From: an uncultured Candidatus Saccharibacteria bacterium
Lineage (GTDB): Bacteria > Patescibacteriota > Minisyncoccia > Phycocordibacterales > Zambryskibacteraceae
Length of the DNA: 64,000 nucleotides
Assembly (NCBI GenBank): GCA_964357635.1
Contig: CAYHLZ010000001.1
Location: 44,917-108,916, forward strand
Direction of reading: 5' to 3'
Shown one piece after another: positions 10,693 through 20,826 of the stretch. A program made the position numbers and the translations under genes. The notes below the pieces were generated by a model that searched no databases, was not told the origin of the DNA, and worked only from the letters and a program-made list of their open reading frames with translations. How positions within the stretch are numbered: position 1 is the stretch's first letter; each line of letters opens with the position of its first letter.

Positions 10693-11172
10693 TTAAGGGA
10701 GGAGTTCGTAGAGGTAGTCTGCGATAGACTCTGGCTCGTCTGAAGAATCAATATTTAAAAAGGTTACTTCTTTTGGCTCAATCTTGTAAAGATAGAGCTG
10801 ATGCTTTTTAAGTTCATCAAGTCTTTTTATTGGCCAGTTAAGCATAGAATTGTTTTCTGCTTTGTCTTTTATCAAGGCAAGTCCTTTATCGTACTCATTT
10901 CCTTCTGCAAGTATCGCCTTTCCTCTAATAGTTACTGCAATATATTCCGGACCTGAGCCAACAGAGAAGGCAACTCTCTCGTTGTTCATAATGTTCTGCG
11001 ACTTGCGTGTTCCGCTAGTTGTCAGAAAGAAAATGCCGAAATTGGCTCCGGCTGCATAGTAGACCGGAGAAACAAATGGTTGACCTTCTGTGTCTATGGT
11101 TGCCACCACTCCCACATCGTGAGCACGTAAGTACTCAAGGGCGTTTTGTTTTGCAATTTGTTTGGTAAGCAT
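10693..11172 (-). CDS. Pyridoxamine 5'-phosphate oxidase-like FMN-binding protein (general stress protein 26-like)
   Basis: Split-barrel PNPOx-like pattern LRAHDVGVVATIDTEGQPFVSPVYY...FLTTSGTRK. Confidence 0.6.
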   Translation of the reverse strand: MLTKQIAKQNALEYLRAHDVGVVATIDTEGQPFVSPVYYAAGANFGIFFLTTSGTRKSQNIMNNERVAFSVGSGPEYIAVTIRGKAILAEGNEYDKGLALIKDKAENNSMLNWPIKRLDELKKHQLYLYKIEPKEVTFLNIDSSDEPESIADYLYELLP

Positions 11173-11211
11173 AACCCCATACTAGCACTTTAATTTAACA
11201 AGAGTAAGATT

Positions 11212-11577
11212 ATGTGCATGGGACATTACTACGGAGACCATGTGCGTTCTCTTCTGGTCGCGGCAGCGGTACTTATGACTGTCACGACACCCTTTTTTAT
11301 TGACCTGATTCACAAACCGATATTCTTTGCAATTCTCGCGATGCTTGTTTTGGTTATCCTTAGCGGTTTGATAAACCCAAAACAGAGAGGACTTGTAGCC
11401 GTGACGACCATTACCTCAGCAGTTTCCTTTCTTGTTTTTGAATATTATGCGATCACTTCTTTTAAAGAGTTTGGTCTAAAGAATTTATTTTTCTGGGTTA
11501 ACGAGACCATCGCCCTACTTTGTCTTCTGGCAACCTATTTTGGTACCAAAAGTGTGCGTGGTCTGTCACAACAGTAA
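11212..11577 (+). CDS. Small integral membrane protein
   Basis: Three to four hydrophobic helices; no motif. Confidence 0.35.
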   Translation: MCMGHYYGDHVRSLLVAAAVLMTVTTPFFIDLIHKPIFFAILAMLVLVILSGLINPKQRGLVAVTTITSAVSFLVFEYYAITSFKEFGLKNLFFWVNETIALLCLLATYFGTKSVRGLSQQ

Positions 11578-11669
11578 TTGGACCGGTAAAGGGCTGTTAT
11601 AAGTCTTGCTATTTTTGAGAAATATAGTACAGTTGCTCTTTAAGAAGAACTAGAGTTTAAGCTTTAAAT

Positions 11670-12887
11670 ATGCCCACCGCCAATACAGTAGAGAAAGAGC
11701 TTGCTCGTGGAACAGGGCTCTCAATTATCAGTCTTATAGACTGTCTTATTGAGCGCGCGCAAGAAGTTCGCGCATCAGATATTCACATAGACCCACTTGC
11801 TGACAAGGTTCGTGTTAGGTTTCGTATTGATGGAGTGTTGCAAGATGTGTATTCTTTTCCAAAAAGTATTCATGCAGAAATAATTTCTCGCATTAAAGTT
11901 TTGGCACGCCTTCGCACCGACGAACATAGCGCAACGCAGGATGGTCGTCTTCGCCACGACCTTTCTGATAAGAAATTTGTTGATATTCGGGTTTCTATAG
12001 TTCCAACCTATCATGGGGAAAATTCTGTTTTACGCTTACTTTCAGACAAGGCCGAAAATTTTGATCTTCAAAGTCTTGGATTTAGTGAGGCAGATAGAAA
12101 AAAACTTCTTTCCGCTCTTAAAAAGCCGAACGGTATGATTCTTTGCACCGGACCCACTGGATCGGGTAAAACCACTACTCTTTATACAATGATAAAAATA
12201 CTGAATTCTCCTGAAGTTTCTATTATCACCATAGAAGATCCGATTGAATATGCTGTTTCAGATGTTGAACAGATTCAAGTTAATCCAAGAACAGGGCTTA
12301 CTTTCGCCAACGGACTCCGCTCAATCCTTAGACAGGACCCAAATATTATTATGGTTGGAGAGATTAGGGATGCCGAAACTGCCAATATTGCCGTTAACAC
12401 CGCGCTCACGGGGCACCTCTTGCTTTCAACTCTGCACACCAATGATGCTGCCACCACACTTCCAAGGCTTTTGGATATGGGTATAGAAACATATCTCGTC
12501 GCCTCAACGGTAAATATTATTATTGGTCAAAGGCTTGTAAGAAAAATATGTGAACATTGCAGAAAAGAGGCACCAGTTTCAGAAGCCTTGAGGGAAGATC
12601 TAAAAAATCACGATCTATTACGCCTCTTTGATAAAGATAGTGCACTCTATCATGGTGTCGGATGTGGTAATTGTAACAATAGTGGATATGCTGGCAGAAT
12701 TTGTATTAACGAAGTCTTGGTGGCCGACGATGAGATAAGAGAAGCTATTCTTCGTAAAGCCTCGGCTGGAGAACTGAAGAAGATTGCAATTAAAAACGGC
12801 ATGACCACCATGCTTGAAGATGGTTTTAAAAAAGCACAAGTAGGGGAAACTACATTAGAAGAAATTCTTAGAGTAATAAACGAATAA
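11670..12887 (+). CDS. pilB: Type IV pilus assembly ATPase (PilB/GspE family, short form)
   Basis: Walker A GPTGSGKTTT, Asp box IITIEDPIEY, Walker B/His box IIMVGEIRDAETA...LLLSTLHTND, C-terminal tetracysteine CEHC...GCGNC typical of GspE/PilB. Confidence 0.85.
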   Translation: MPTANTVEKELARGTGLSIISLIDCLIERAQEVRASDIHIDPLADKVRVRFRIDGVLQDVYSFPKSIHAEIISRIKVLARLRTDEHSATQDGRLRHDLSDKKFVDIRVSIVPTYHGENSVLRLLSDKAENFDLQSLGFSEADRKKLLSALKKPNGMILCTGPTGSGKTTTLYTMIKILNSPEVSIITIEDPIEYAVSDVEQIQVNPRTGLTFANGLRSILRQDPNIIMVGEIRDAETANIAVNTALTGHLLLSTLHTNDAATTLPRLLDMGIETYLVASTVNIIIGQRLVRKICEHCRKEAPVSEALREDLKNHDLLRLFDKDSALYHGVGCGNCNNSGYAGRICINEVLVADDEIREAILRKASAGELKKIAIKNGMTTMLEDGFKKAQVGETTLEEILRVINE

Positions 12888-13999
12888 TGTCTGATAAGAA
12901 ACCCGAAGAAGAGAGCGGTCTGTTGAAAAACTTTTTAAAAAATTTCGGAGCTGGCAGACTTTCAATAACTGAACAGGCTTTTTTTGCCAAGCGGCTATCT
13001 TTCCTTACCAATGCAGGCATCTCACTTTTGGAGGCACTTCATATGATTCGTGAGCAAACTCTTTCTAAGAGTTACATCAGAGTGTTGGATGCCGTTATTG
13101 TGGATGTTTCAAGTGGTCGTTCACTTTCCGACAGTTTGGGTCGATTTGAAAATGCTTTCGGAGATTTTGCTAGAAGTATTATCTCTGTCGGAGAACAGAC
13201 CGGTGCTTTAAGCGAAAACCTTTCATACCTTGCTGAAGAACTTAAAAAAAGACAACTTTTAAGAAAAAAGATTGTGAGCGCTCTGGTTTACCCAATATTT
13301 ATAACTATTGCCACCATAGGCATTACCAGTCTTTTAATTGTTTTTATATTTCCAAAGATTATGCCAATCTTTTTGAGTCTGAATGTTGAACTACCATTCT
13401 CCACCAAGATTTTAATCCTTGCTTCAACCTTTTTAGGCAACTACGGACTTTGGCTTATCTTGGGAATAATTTTGTTTGTAATTGCTTTGCGAATTGTTTT
13501 TAAAAAGAGTGAAAAGTTTCACTTCTGGTACGACAAGGCATTTATGAAAGCACCGCTTATCGGTCCCATGATTCAGAACTATAACTTGGCGAATATTAGC
13601 CGAACCCTTAGCCTACTTTTAAACGGTGGCATGACTCTATCGGAGGCCTTGCCCATCACTTCCAAGTCAACAGCCAGTCTTGTTTACAAATATGAACTAG
13701 ACAAACTGACCCAAGTGGCCAACAGAGGAGAGAAAATCTCTTCTCACATGAAAAATTATAGAAAACTTTTTCCAGATATTCTTTCTCAAATCATATCGGT
13801 GGGAGAGAGAAGTGGCAATCTCTCGGAGACCTTAAGTTATCTTTCTGATATGTATGAGAGCGAAGTGGAGGAGTCAACAAAAAATCTATCAAACATGATA
13901 GAGCCGGTACTTATGGTGGTGATGGGGATTATGGTTGGATTTGTTGCAATTTCCATAATTACGCCAATATATAGTCTTACCCAAGGGCTTCAGAGGTAG
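12887..13999 (+). CDS. pilC: Type IV pilus inner-membrane platform protein (PilC/GspF family)
   Basis: Duplicated GspF-type domain architecture, three TM segments, immediately downstream of pilB with 1-nt overlap. Confidence 0.85.
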   Translation: MSDKKPEEESGLLKNFLKNFGAGRLSITEQAFFAKRLSFLTNAGISLLEALHMIREQTLSKSYIRVLDAVIVDVSSGRSLSDSLGRFENAFGDFARSIISVGEQTGALSENLSYLAEELKKRQLLRKKIVSALVYPIFITIATIGITSLLIVFIFPKIMPIFLSLNVELPFSTKILILASTFLGNYGLWLILGIILFVIALRIVFKKSEKFHFWYDKAFMKAPLIGPMIQNYNLANISRTLSLLLNGGMTLSEALPITSKSTASLVYKYELDKLTQVANRGEKISSHMKNYRKLFPDILSQIISVGERSGNLSETLSYLSDMYESEVEESTKNLSNMIEPVLMVVMGIMVGFVAISIITPIYSLTQGLQR

Positions 14000-14013
14000 T
14001 TCCAAGCTTAAAA

Positions 14014-14490
14014 ATGTTCTGCGACAACCAAACAAAGAAACAGGCCGGGATGACCCTTATTGAGATTCTGGTTGTTCTTGGTCTCTTATCTCTTGTTGGC
14101 GGATTCTCTATCGTCATGGGGGTGGATAGTTATAGGAGCCAAATTTTCCGTTCCGATCGCGACATTCTTGTGAGTGCTCTACACAGAGCTCGTGCTCTTG
14201 CCATGAGTAACGTCTGTTTCGGTGAATCTTGCACCGATGGCCTTCATCATGGGGTGCGCATTGAACCTGGGCGGTTCATCATTTTTCAAGGGAGAGACTT
14301 TAATAATTCAGATGAGCACAACGAAATTATAGAAATGGCTGGCGGAGCTCAAGTAAGCGGAATCACCGAAGTTGTATTTCATCCGCTTTCGGGCGAGCCG
14401 AGCACCACTGGCGATATTATTATTACCGATTCTATAAGCATTTCCACTACAACCATAGGAGCGGAAGGGCAAATTTTTTGGACTCGCTAA
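14014..14490 (+). CDS. Prepilin-type N-terminal cleavage/methylation domain protein (minor pilin)
   Basis: Class III signal QAG|MTLIEILVVLGLLSL with Glu at +5. Confidence 0.7.
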   Translation: MFCDNQTKKQAGMTLIEILVVLGLLSLVGGFSIVMGVDSYRSQIFRSDRDILVSALHRARALAMSNVCFGESCTDGLHHGVRIEPGRFIIFQGRDFNNSDEHNEIIEMAGGAQVSGITEVVFHPLSGEPSTTGDIIITDSISISTTTIGAEGQIFWTR

Positions 14491-14494
14491 TAAA

Positions 14495-16030
14495 ATGAAC
14501 AAAGGATTTTCCACTCTTGAGATAATAATAGCCATGGGTATCATGGTTGCCGTACTCGCATCCGTAGTTTTGGTATCTTTTGGTAGTCAGATGTCTCTTG
14601 TCGGAAGTGAGACAAGTGGTGAAGCACTTAAACGTGCTCAAGCAACTGTTGAGAGGGTACAAGCGCTTGCTCGTAAGGACTTTAACCTTGTAAATGCAAC
14701 CACCTCTGGAGATGGTTTTTACACCGATACTATTTCGGTTGAATTTATGCCGGATTTTCTGACCAAGCAGGTCACAGTTGGTGTTCTATGGCAAAGTGAG
14801 CGCGGACTGGCTCAAAAAGTGGAATTAAAAACTCTGGTAACTGATTTCTCAAGTTCGGTTGGCGGTTCAACTTGCAATTCCTCTCTTTCTGGTGACTGGG
14901 AGAATCCAAGTATCACCACTTACGCGATGAGTGCTGGTGAGCTTTTGCCGTCAAACATATCTGGCAATTTTCCAGTAACCGACGTTGATGCGTATAGAGG
15001 TCGGCTTTATGTTACTGCAGGCCCAACAAGTGCCCCTGCCGACAAAACTCTTTTTATTTTTGATATCTCCGACAGAAGAAGGGCACCTGTCTATATTGGT
15101 GGTACTGACAATGCGGGAAGTACTAGAAGCGGTCTAAATGCCGTAAAAGTGGCTGGAGACTATGCCTATGTTGCTAACGCCCATGATGCAAACTTTAATT
15201 CCTGTTCTGTTGGTCCGAGTTGTTCTCAACTTCAGATTATTGATGTCAACGCACCATCCGATTCGTGGAATCCGGCAATTGTAAATTTGAAATTTGCCAC
15301 ATCTAGCAGTCCGCGAGTGAATGCCTTCGGTGGCGGTGGTCAAGCGGTTGGCAAAAGTATTTTCTATAAAGACGGATATATTTATCTCGGTTTGTCGAAA
15401 ACAGGGAGCGGCCCAGAGTTTCATGTGGTGGATGTTCATAATCCTACAGCTCCGTTTTGGGTGGGTAGCTGGCCCGCTTCTGGCACAAGCTCGCTTCAGC
15501 CGATAAATGGTATTTTCGTCCGTAATGGTTACGCTTATTTAGCTCACCCCACAGACAGTTCAAATACTTTACGAGAACAACTTACAGTGCTAAATGTAGT
15601 AAACCCTCAAAGTTCAACTAGAGTAAGTGGCTTCCATGCTCCCGATAATGAAGGTAATGGGAAAAGTTTGGCTATTGTCGGTGACACAATGTACCTTGGT
15701 AGAACTGTTACAACTTTTTCGGGCAATCCAGAATTTTACGTACTTGATATATCTAATCCGACAGCCATCCCAACCACCTCAAGAGGCAACCATCTGTTAA
15801 ACAACAGCTCAAATGATCTCATTATTCGAGATTCTCTCGCATTTATTCTGACCAACAATAATATTGAGATTAGAAAAATAGATAACTTTCTAAACATCAC
15901 GCCATACTCGGTTCTTTCTTTGTCGGGGATTGGTGTTGGTAGGGCTCTCGACTGCGAAGGTAATCATATTTATGTAGGTTCGGCAGATTCTTCTGGAAAT
16001 GGTTTTATAAGTGTTGTAACCGCACCATGA
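14495..16030 (+). CDS. Modular type IV pilin with LVIVD-repeat (beta-propeller) module
   Basis: Prepilin signal KG|FSTLEIIIAMGIM. Body has repeated blocks ending in (I/V)(L/V)D(V/I)SNP-type motifs (IFDISDRRRAP, IIDVNAPSD, VVDVHNPTAP, VLNVVNPQSS, VLDISNPTA) matching LVIVD repeats. Confidence 0.6.
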   Translation: MNKGFSTLEIIIAMGIMVAVLASVVLVSFGSQMSLVGSETSGEALKRAQATVERVQALARKDFNLVNATTSGDGFYTDTISVEFMPDFLTKQVTVGVLWQSERGLAQKVELKTLVTDFSSSVGGSTCNSSLSGDWENPSITTYAMSAGELLPSNISGNFPVTDVDAYRGRLYVTAGPTSAPADKTLFIFDISDRRRAPVYIGGTDNAGSTRSGLNAVKVAGDYAYVANAHDANFNSCSVGPSCSQLQIIDVNAPSDSWNPAIVNLKFATSSSPRVNAFGGGGQAVGKSIFYKDGYIYLGLSKTGSGPEFHVVDVHNPTAPFWVGSWPASGTSSLQPINGIFVRNGYAYLAHPTDSSNTLREQLTVLNVVNPQSSTRVSGFHAPDNEGNGKSLAIVGDTMYLGRTVTTFSGNPEFYVLDISNPTAIPTTSRGNHLLNNSSNDLIIRDSLAFILTNNNIEIRKIDNFLNITPYSVLSLSGIGVGRALDCEGNHIYVGSADSSGNGFISVVTAP

Positions 16031-16515
16031 AAAAAAACGGCTTCACTCTCATTGAAACTGTTATTTATCTCGGCCTATTTGCCATTATTATGACCGGCGT
16101 TCTTACTGCAGTCTACAGCGTTAGTCAGACTGGCAGTCGGAATCAAGCAAGAGCGATGATTCAGGAAGAGGGGACATATCTTTTGGGGAAAATTGACTGG
16201 GTTCTCTCGGGTGTTAAAACTATAAATCTCCCAATTGGTTCTGGAGATGTCCTTCAAGTTAACACTTTCAATGGCAATGCTATTGAGGTGGGTCTGTCTG
16301 GCTTAAATATATATTTGTCACGCTTACCTAATTCTCCCGAGATACTTAACAATACAAACGTAGAAATAAGCGAGCTTGAATTTATTCACACCGAAGTTTC
16401 TGGTGATGGCATTAACCCAGAAAGCGTTGAGGTTAATATCATCATAACCACTAGGACACAAGATGGATTTCTTTTTTCTCAGAAGTTTTCTACGGTTAAG
16501 TATTTGCACAAATAA
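16027..16515 (+). CDS. Prepilin-type minor pilin
   Basis: NG|FTLIETVIYLGLFAI class III signal; 4-nt overlap with upstream gene. Confidence 0.7.
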   Translation: MKKNGFTLIETVIYLGLFAIIMTGVLTAVYSVSQTGSRNQARAMIQEEGTYLLGKIDWVLSGVKTINLPIGSGDVLQVNTFNGNAIEVGLSGLNIYLSRLPNSPEILNNTNVEISELEFIHTEVSGDGINPESVEVNIIITTRTQDGFLFSQKFSTVKYLHK

Positions 16516-16518
16516 AAA

Positions 16519-18495
16519 ATGCAAGACCTTTCTCCAATTTTAATAACCGGAAAAGATAGAGGCTTTATTGCCCTCATGTCTGTTTTAATTATATCTGCCG
16601 TTGTTCTCACCATCACTGTCACTGCTGGCGCCTCAAGTTTCTACGCCAGATCAAACATGCTTCAGAACGAATTCAAAAGGCAGTCCCTGTCGCTTGCTGA
16701 AGCATGTATTAACGCGGCACTTCTTAATTTGAAGGAAAATTATAATTATGACCCATCTGACGATCGCGTTCTTGTCGGCGACGATTCTTGTTATATTGAA
16801 AGCGTTTCTTCTCCTGATCAGGAATTTAAGAGGGAGATTAGAACTCGAGCCGAGGTGAACGGTTCATTTAGCAATGTCTTAACTGTCGCCGTCGTTGAGG
16901 ATCCAAACCAACCCCCACTAGCGCCACCGGCAGCTTGTTCACTCTCGGTTAACCCATCTCCCATTAATTCTGGCGCTTCTGCTTGGCTTTCTTGGGCAAC
17001 TTCCACGAATGCCACCTCTCTTTCTATAGACAATGGAATTGGTTCGGTTTCTCCATCTTCAAGTGGAGAAGAACTTGTTAGTCCACAAACAAGCATTACC
17101 TACACTGGCACCGCCGAAGGTCCCGGAGGTGCAAGCACTTGTTCCGTTTCTCTTGAGGTTACGCCACCCCCAGATTGTGCTGATTTAGTTATGATGCTTG
17201 ATCGCACGACGAATTTTTCTTCTTTAGATCTTGCTAATGAGCGATTAGCTACCAAGGGCATACTTGAAATGTATGAAGAGACCAACAGTCCTTATCCCAA
17301 GGTTGGTATTGGTCGTTTTGGGGACGGAAACGACGGGGGAGTTGAGGCCGAGATTACCGTCGCAACACTCTCAACCAGAAATATTGTTCCAACAAGTGTT
17401 GGCACAAATAACACGTGGCTTGTGGCTCCAATTGGTGCAACTAAGACAACAGTAGTTTCTCAAGTGGACAATGATACAAGTTACATCTATTCCTCCATAC
17501 AAAATGCTTCACAAACTTTTGTTTTTCCGGGAGCGAGAGTTCCGACAGACGCGGTAATTGAAGCAGTGGCACTAAGAGTTGTGGCACGAACGATAAGTGG
17601 CGAAGACGCAACAATAAAACTTGTGGCTGAGAATGGCACAGAACTTGACGAAGGAGCACCAGTTGCACTTTCAAGTATCTATAATACTTATCTTCGCCGC
17701 ATGACCACCAATCCATTCACCGGTCTACCGTGGACACTTTCTGATGTAAACAACTGGACCACTAGGTTTGGTGTTGTGAAAACCAGTTCAGAGGGCGTCG
17801 CCAGAGTTACCCACGCGTATCTCGTTGTTGAGTATAGGACTGAGATAGGACAACTCAGCAGTGTCTACGGAGATGACGATATTGGAAACGATGGTGACGG
17901 AGATCTCTACGATGCCGTTGAAGAGGCGACAAACCCCGAGCCGTTTGCTGTTGGATTAAGTCTTGCCGATATTATAAATACCGGAGCTTCGGAGCTTAAC
18001 GGGCCAAGACATAGTAGCGATAGAGGAAAGGTACTTCTTGTGGTCTCAAACGGAGATCCCAATGAGCCGACCATTGGTGCTGTTGAGGCAGCTCTAGATT
18101 CTGCCGATGCCGCAAAACTCGCGGGGGTAGAAATTTTCAGCATTTTCTTTGGTTCTGATCGTTCTGGTCTTTCTGGACAAGAACTTCTCGCCGCTCTTTC
18201 GGGTGGACAAGTATCTTCTGCAGATCTTCCGAGTCATTTCCATTTTGGACCCACACATCAGCCAGGCTCCGATGATAATTTTGAGAACACCCCAGATGGT
18301 TATCTTGCAGAAAATAATGATAGCGATCACTTCTTCATTGCCACTAGCTCTCTAAACTTACTAGGTATTTTTGAGACAGTTGGGAAGGTTGCTTGCCCAG
18401 CGGCCGGCACTCCGCCCCCACCTCCACCGCCCCCACCTCCACCGCCCCCATCACCTGTACCCAACATATCTATTACCTCTTGGGATGAAGTTTAG
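16519..18495 (+). CDS. Large GspK-like pilin-family protein with vWA-like module and C-terminal poly-proline tract
   Basis: N-terminal RG|FIALMSVLIISAVVL (pilin-like hydrophobic segment lacking Glu5, as in GspK-type tip pseudopilins). vWA-like strands DLVMMLDRTTNFS, VLLVVSNGDPNE, EIFSIFFGSD. PPPPPPPPPPPPPPSPVP near C-terminus. Confidence 0.55.
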   Translation: MQDLSPILITGKDRGFIALMSVLIISAVVLTITVTAGASSFYARSNMLQNEFKRQSLSLAEACINAALLNLKENYNYDPSDDRVLVGDDSCYIESVSSPDQEFKREIRTRAEVNGSFSNVLTVAVVEDPNQPPLAPPAACSLSVNPSPINSGASAWLSWATSTNATSLSIDNGIGSVSPSSSGEELVSPQTSITYTGTAEGPGGASTCSVSLEVTPPPDCADLVMMLDRTTNFSSLDLANERLATKGILEMYEETNSPYPKVGIGRFGDGNDGGVEAEITVATLSTRNIVPTSVGTNNTWLVAPIGATKTTVVSQVDNDTSYIYSSIQNASQTFVFPGARVPTDAVIEAVALRVVARTISGEDATIKLVAENGTELDEGAPVALSSIYNTYLRRMTTNPFTGLPWTLSDVNNWTTRFGVVKTSSEGVARVTHAYLVVEYRTEIGQLSSVYGDDDIGNDGDGDLYDAVEEATNPEPFAVGLSLADIINTGASELNGPRHSSDRGKVLLVVSNGDPNEPTIGAVEAALDSADAAKLAGVEIFSIFFGSDRSGLSGQELLAALSGGQVSSADLPSHFHFGPTHQPGSDDNFENTPDGYLAENNDSDHFFIATSSLNLLGIFETVGKVACPAAGTPPPPPPPPPPPPPSPVPNISITSWDEV

Positions 18496-18540
18496 AAGCG
18501 TTGCGAAGGCGACGATTAGGTGATAACCTGATAAATATCT

Positions 18541-19047
18541 GTGAACTATTTTCGCGCTGAGACGAATAGAGGTTTTACTCTGATAGAAATACTTATTGTT
18601 ATAGGAATTATTGCGGTTCTCGCCGCTATTGTCATCGTTGCTATTAATCCAGCCAAGCAGTTTGCTCAAGCCAGAAACACTCAACGCACTTCAAATGTTA
18701 ACGCTATCTTAAACGCCATCGGTCAGCGCATTGCCGACAATAAAGGAGTCTTTGCCGGAACATTTTCTATCGGTGGTACGACTTATGATTGCGGACAAAT
18801 TCCCACTGCCACCACTTCCATCACATCAAGGATGGCATCAAGCACTTCAGACACAACTGGCGATATGGGCTGTCTTGCGCCCACATACTTACCTCAACTA
18901 CCAATTGACCCCGCCGAAACTTCCAGCGCAGATGATACCGGTTATGAAGTACAACTGAACAACAGCGGGAGGGTAACGATTTGCGCCCCGAATGCCGCTT
19001 CTGAAAATTCTATTCCCGATCCCGAACCAATCTGCGTAACACGTTAA
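18541..19047 (+). CDS. Type IV pilin (candidate major pilin)
   Basis: Leader MNYFRAETNRG|FTLIEILIVIGIIAVLAAIVIVAINP; four Cys in C-terminal half for disulfide-bonded D-region. Confidence 0.75.
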   Translation: MNYFRAETNRGFTLIEILIVIGIIAVLAAIVIVAINPAKQFAQARNTQRTSNVNAILNAIGQRIADNKGVFAGTFSIGGTTYDCGQIPTATTSITSRMASSTSDTTGDMGCLAPTYLPQLPIDPAETSSADDTGYEVQLNNSGRVTICAPNAASENSIPDPEPICVTR

Positions 19048-19090
19048 TAAAAAAGAAAGACCCGGAGCAGAAGTACTCCAGGCCTTTTAG

Positions 19091-20065
19091 TCACTTCTCA
19101 AATCGGTAAATCCCGAGGTCAATGACGGTTACGCTTGATGCATTTTTGGCCTTGCCGTCCTTTATGTAGACATCGCGGAAGTACGCGTCAATGTTGTACT
19201 CATTTTCCGACATCTCTGTTATGACGATGTCGACAAGGTACGGATTGACCTGATTGTAGTAGCGAAGAGAGTTTGTGTCACCGTCGTTATGTTCGTGGTA
19301 GTCGCGTGACCATCCACTTGGTCCAGACACAGACTCTACCGCCTCACCGTCTTCGGCAGGGTGGGTGTGTACTCCTCCCACACAAGGAACGTAACCGATA
19401 AGAAGAGGGGTTGCGTAACTGTACCTTAGGTCTCTCGAGTCTTCTCTTTCGTTGGGAAACGACACAAAGCGGTACGAGTTTCCTTCGAAAAAGAATAGAC
19501 CACCCTGTTCATCACTTGAATCTTCGGGAAAAAGTGCGGCCACTTCTTTCATAGCTTTTGTGCTTTCGAAGTAATCAACATACCCTTTGAGCAAAAACAA
19601 GATGTGCTGGTTTTCGACTCTATCCAGTTGCTCCGCTCCCTCTTCGTAGTCTGTGCTGGTTCTTGAGACATGTTTACGTTTAGAAAGCTTCTTCTTGATG
19701 TATTTGCGCACAAACTTCACGCCACGGGCAAAGTCAGAGTTCCGTTCCGCACCTCGCTTTGAGCCGTCCATGAGCTCGTCCTCATGACTAAGAAGTGGTA
19801 TGTAGGTGAGGGGCACCGTACCATCTTCAAACATTCGTTTGAGCGGAATGAGATGATAGAGGTAAACCTCATCGAGGAATTCAGGTCGAGCGCCACCCTC
19901 TAGAAGATAGCGATATTCGGGAAGGTATTGCGGCTCAACAGTTTTACCTTTTTCGGCCCGAAGCTTTTCCAACTCACGTAGCCCGGCTTCTTCCTCGGCA
20001 AGGACGCCCCCGGTGGTCAACATCAATACCAACATAAAGAGAGAGAACAGGTTTTTTATTCTCAC
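19091..20065 (-). CDS. Hypothetical secreted protein
   Basis: Signal peptide MRIKNLFSLFMLVLMLTTGGVLA; conserved-looking GGVHTHP segment, no confident family assignment. Confidence 0.4.
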   Translation of the reverse strand: MRIKNLFSLFMLVLMLTTGGVLAEEEAGLRELEKLRAEKGKTVEPQYLPEYRYLLEGGARPEFLDEVYLYHLIPLKRMFEDGTVPLTYIPLLSHEDELMDGSKRGAERNSDFARGVKFVRKYIKKKLSKRKHVSRTSTDYEEGAEQLDRVENQHILFLLKGYVDYFESTKAMKEVAALFPEDSSDEQGGLFFFEGNSYRFVSFPNEREDSRDLRYSYATPLLIGYVPCVGGVHTHPAEDGEAVESVSGPSGWSRDYHEHNDGDTNSLRYYNQVNPYLVDIVITEMSENEYNIDAYFRDVYIKDGKAKNASSVTVIDLGIYRFEK

Positions 20066-20191
20066 AAGATTCTCCTCGTTTTTAGATGTAGGACTATGTT
20101 TACTATGCTCTCAAAGAGCGAAACTTACCTCGTTATACACCACATGCGTTGAATTGTTAAGTAAACCCAGCCTTATTAATAATTTAATGGC

Positions 20192-20209
20192 TGTAAAGTT
20201 GTCTTTACA
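20192..20209. promoter_or_regulatory. Palindromic operator-like site TGTAAAG-N4-CTTTACA upstream of XRE regulator
   Basis: Perfect 7-bp inverted arms 34 bp upstream of the 20243 start; second copy at 20827..20844. Confidence 0.45.
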
Positions 20210-20242
20210 TTAAGCTTTGTTTTTTCTATACTGAAGAGAGTC

Positions 20243-20449
20243 ATGAGCGAAAAGATTAAAAACGAAGTAAACAGACTTAGGACGGAAGCTGGAGTTACTC
20301 AAGAAGAATTAGCCGGGAAAGTGTGCGTTAGTAGACAAACAATTATTGCCCTTGAGAAAGGGAACTACACACCCTCTGTTTTACTGGCTATTAGGATAGC
20401 AAGCTTTTTCAAGATGCCAGTAGAGAAAATTTTTAAAATATCAATATGA
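20243..20449 (+). CDS. XRE-family helix-turn-helix transcriptional regulator
   Basis: Cro/C1-type HTH TQEELAGKVCVSRQTIIALEKGNYTPSVLLAIRIA. Confidence 0.75.
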   Translation: MSEKIKNEVNRLRTEAGVTQEELAGKVCVSRQTIIALEKGNYTPSVLLAIRIASFFKMPVEKIFKISI

Positions 20450-20808
20450 AAAATAATCTAACACACATCATTCTAGCTATAGTGCTTATAGTTTTACTCG
20501 TCCTACTTTCTGATGCTTTCATGTTTTGGATGCCACCACTTTTTGCGATGCTCATAATCCTAATGGTTGCCGTGGTTATGTGCGTCTGGGCCGGGTTTGT
20601 CATGAAGGAGGGGGCGGGGGACGAACGAGAAAAAATTCATCGCATGGATGCCGGCAGGATTGCTTATCTTTCTGGGAGTGCTGTGCTCACCATAGCATTG
20701 GTAGTTCAAGGCATAAGACATGAAATAGACCCATGGATTACTCTGGCTCTTGGCGTGATGGTGGTGTCCAAGCTTGTTGCACGTATCTATTTTGAAAAAT
20801 ATAGATAA
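20446..20808 (+). CDS. Small membrane protein co-transcribed with XRE regulator
   Basis: 4-nt start/stop overlap with the HTH gene; three TM helices. Confidence 0.45.
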   Translation: MKNNLTHIILAIVLIVLLVLLSDAFMFWMPPLFAMLIILMVAVVMCVWAGFVMKEGAGDEREKIHRMDAGRIAYLSGSAVLTIALVVQGIRHEIDPWITLALGVMVVSKLVARIYFEKYR

Positions 20809-20826
20809 CAGATATCCACAGGCTTA

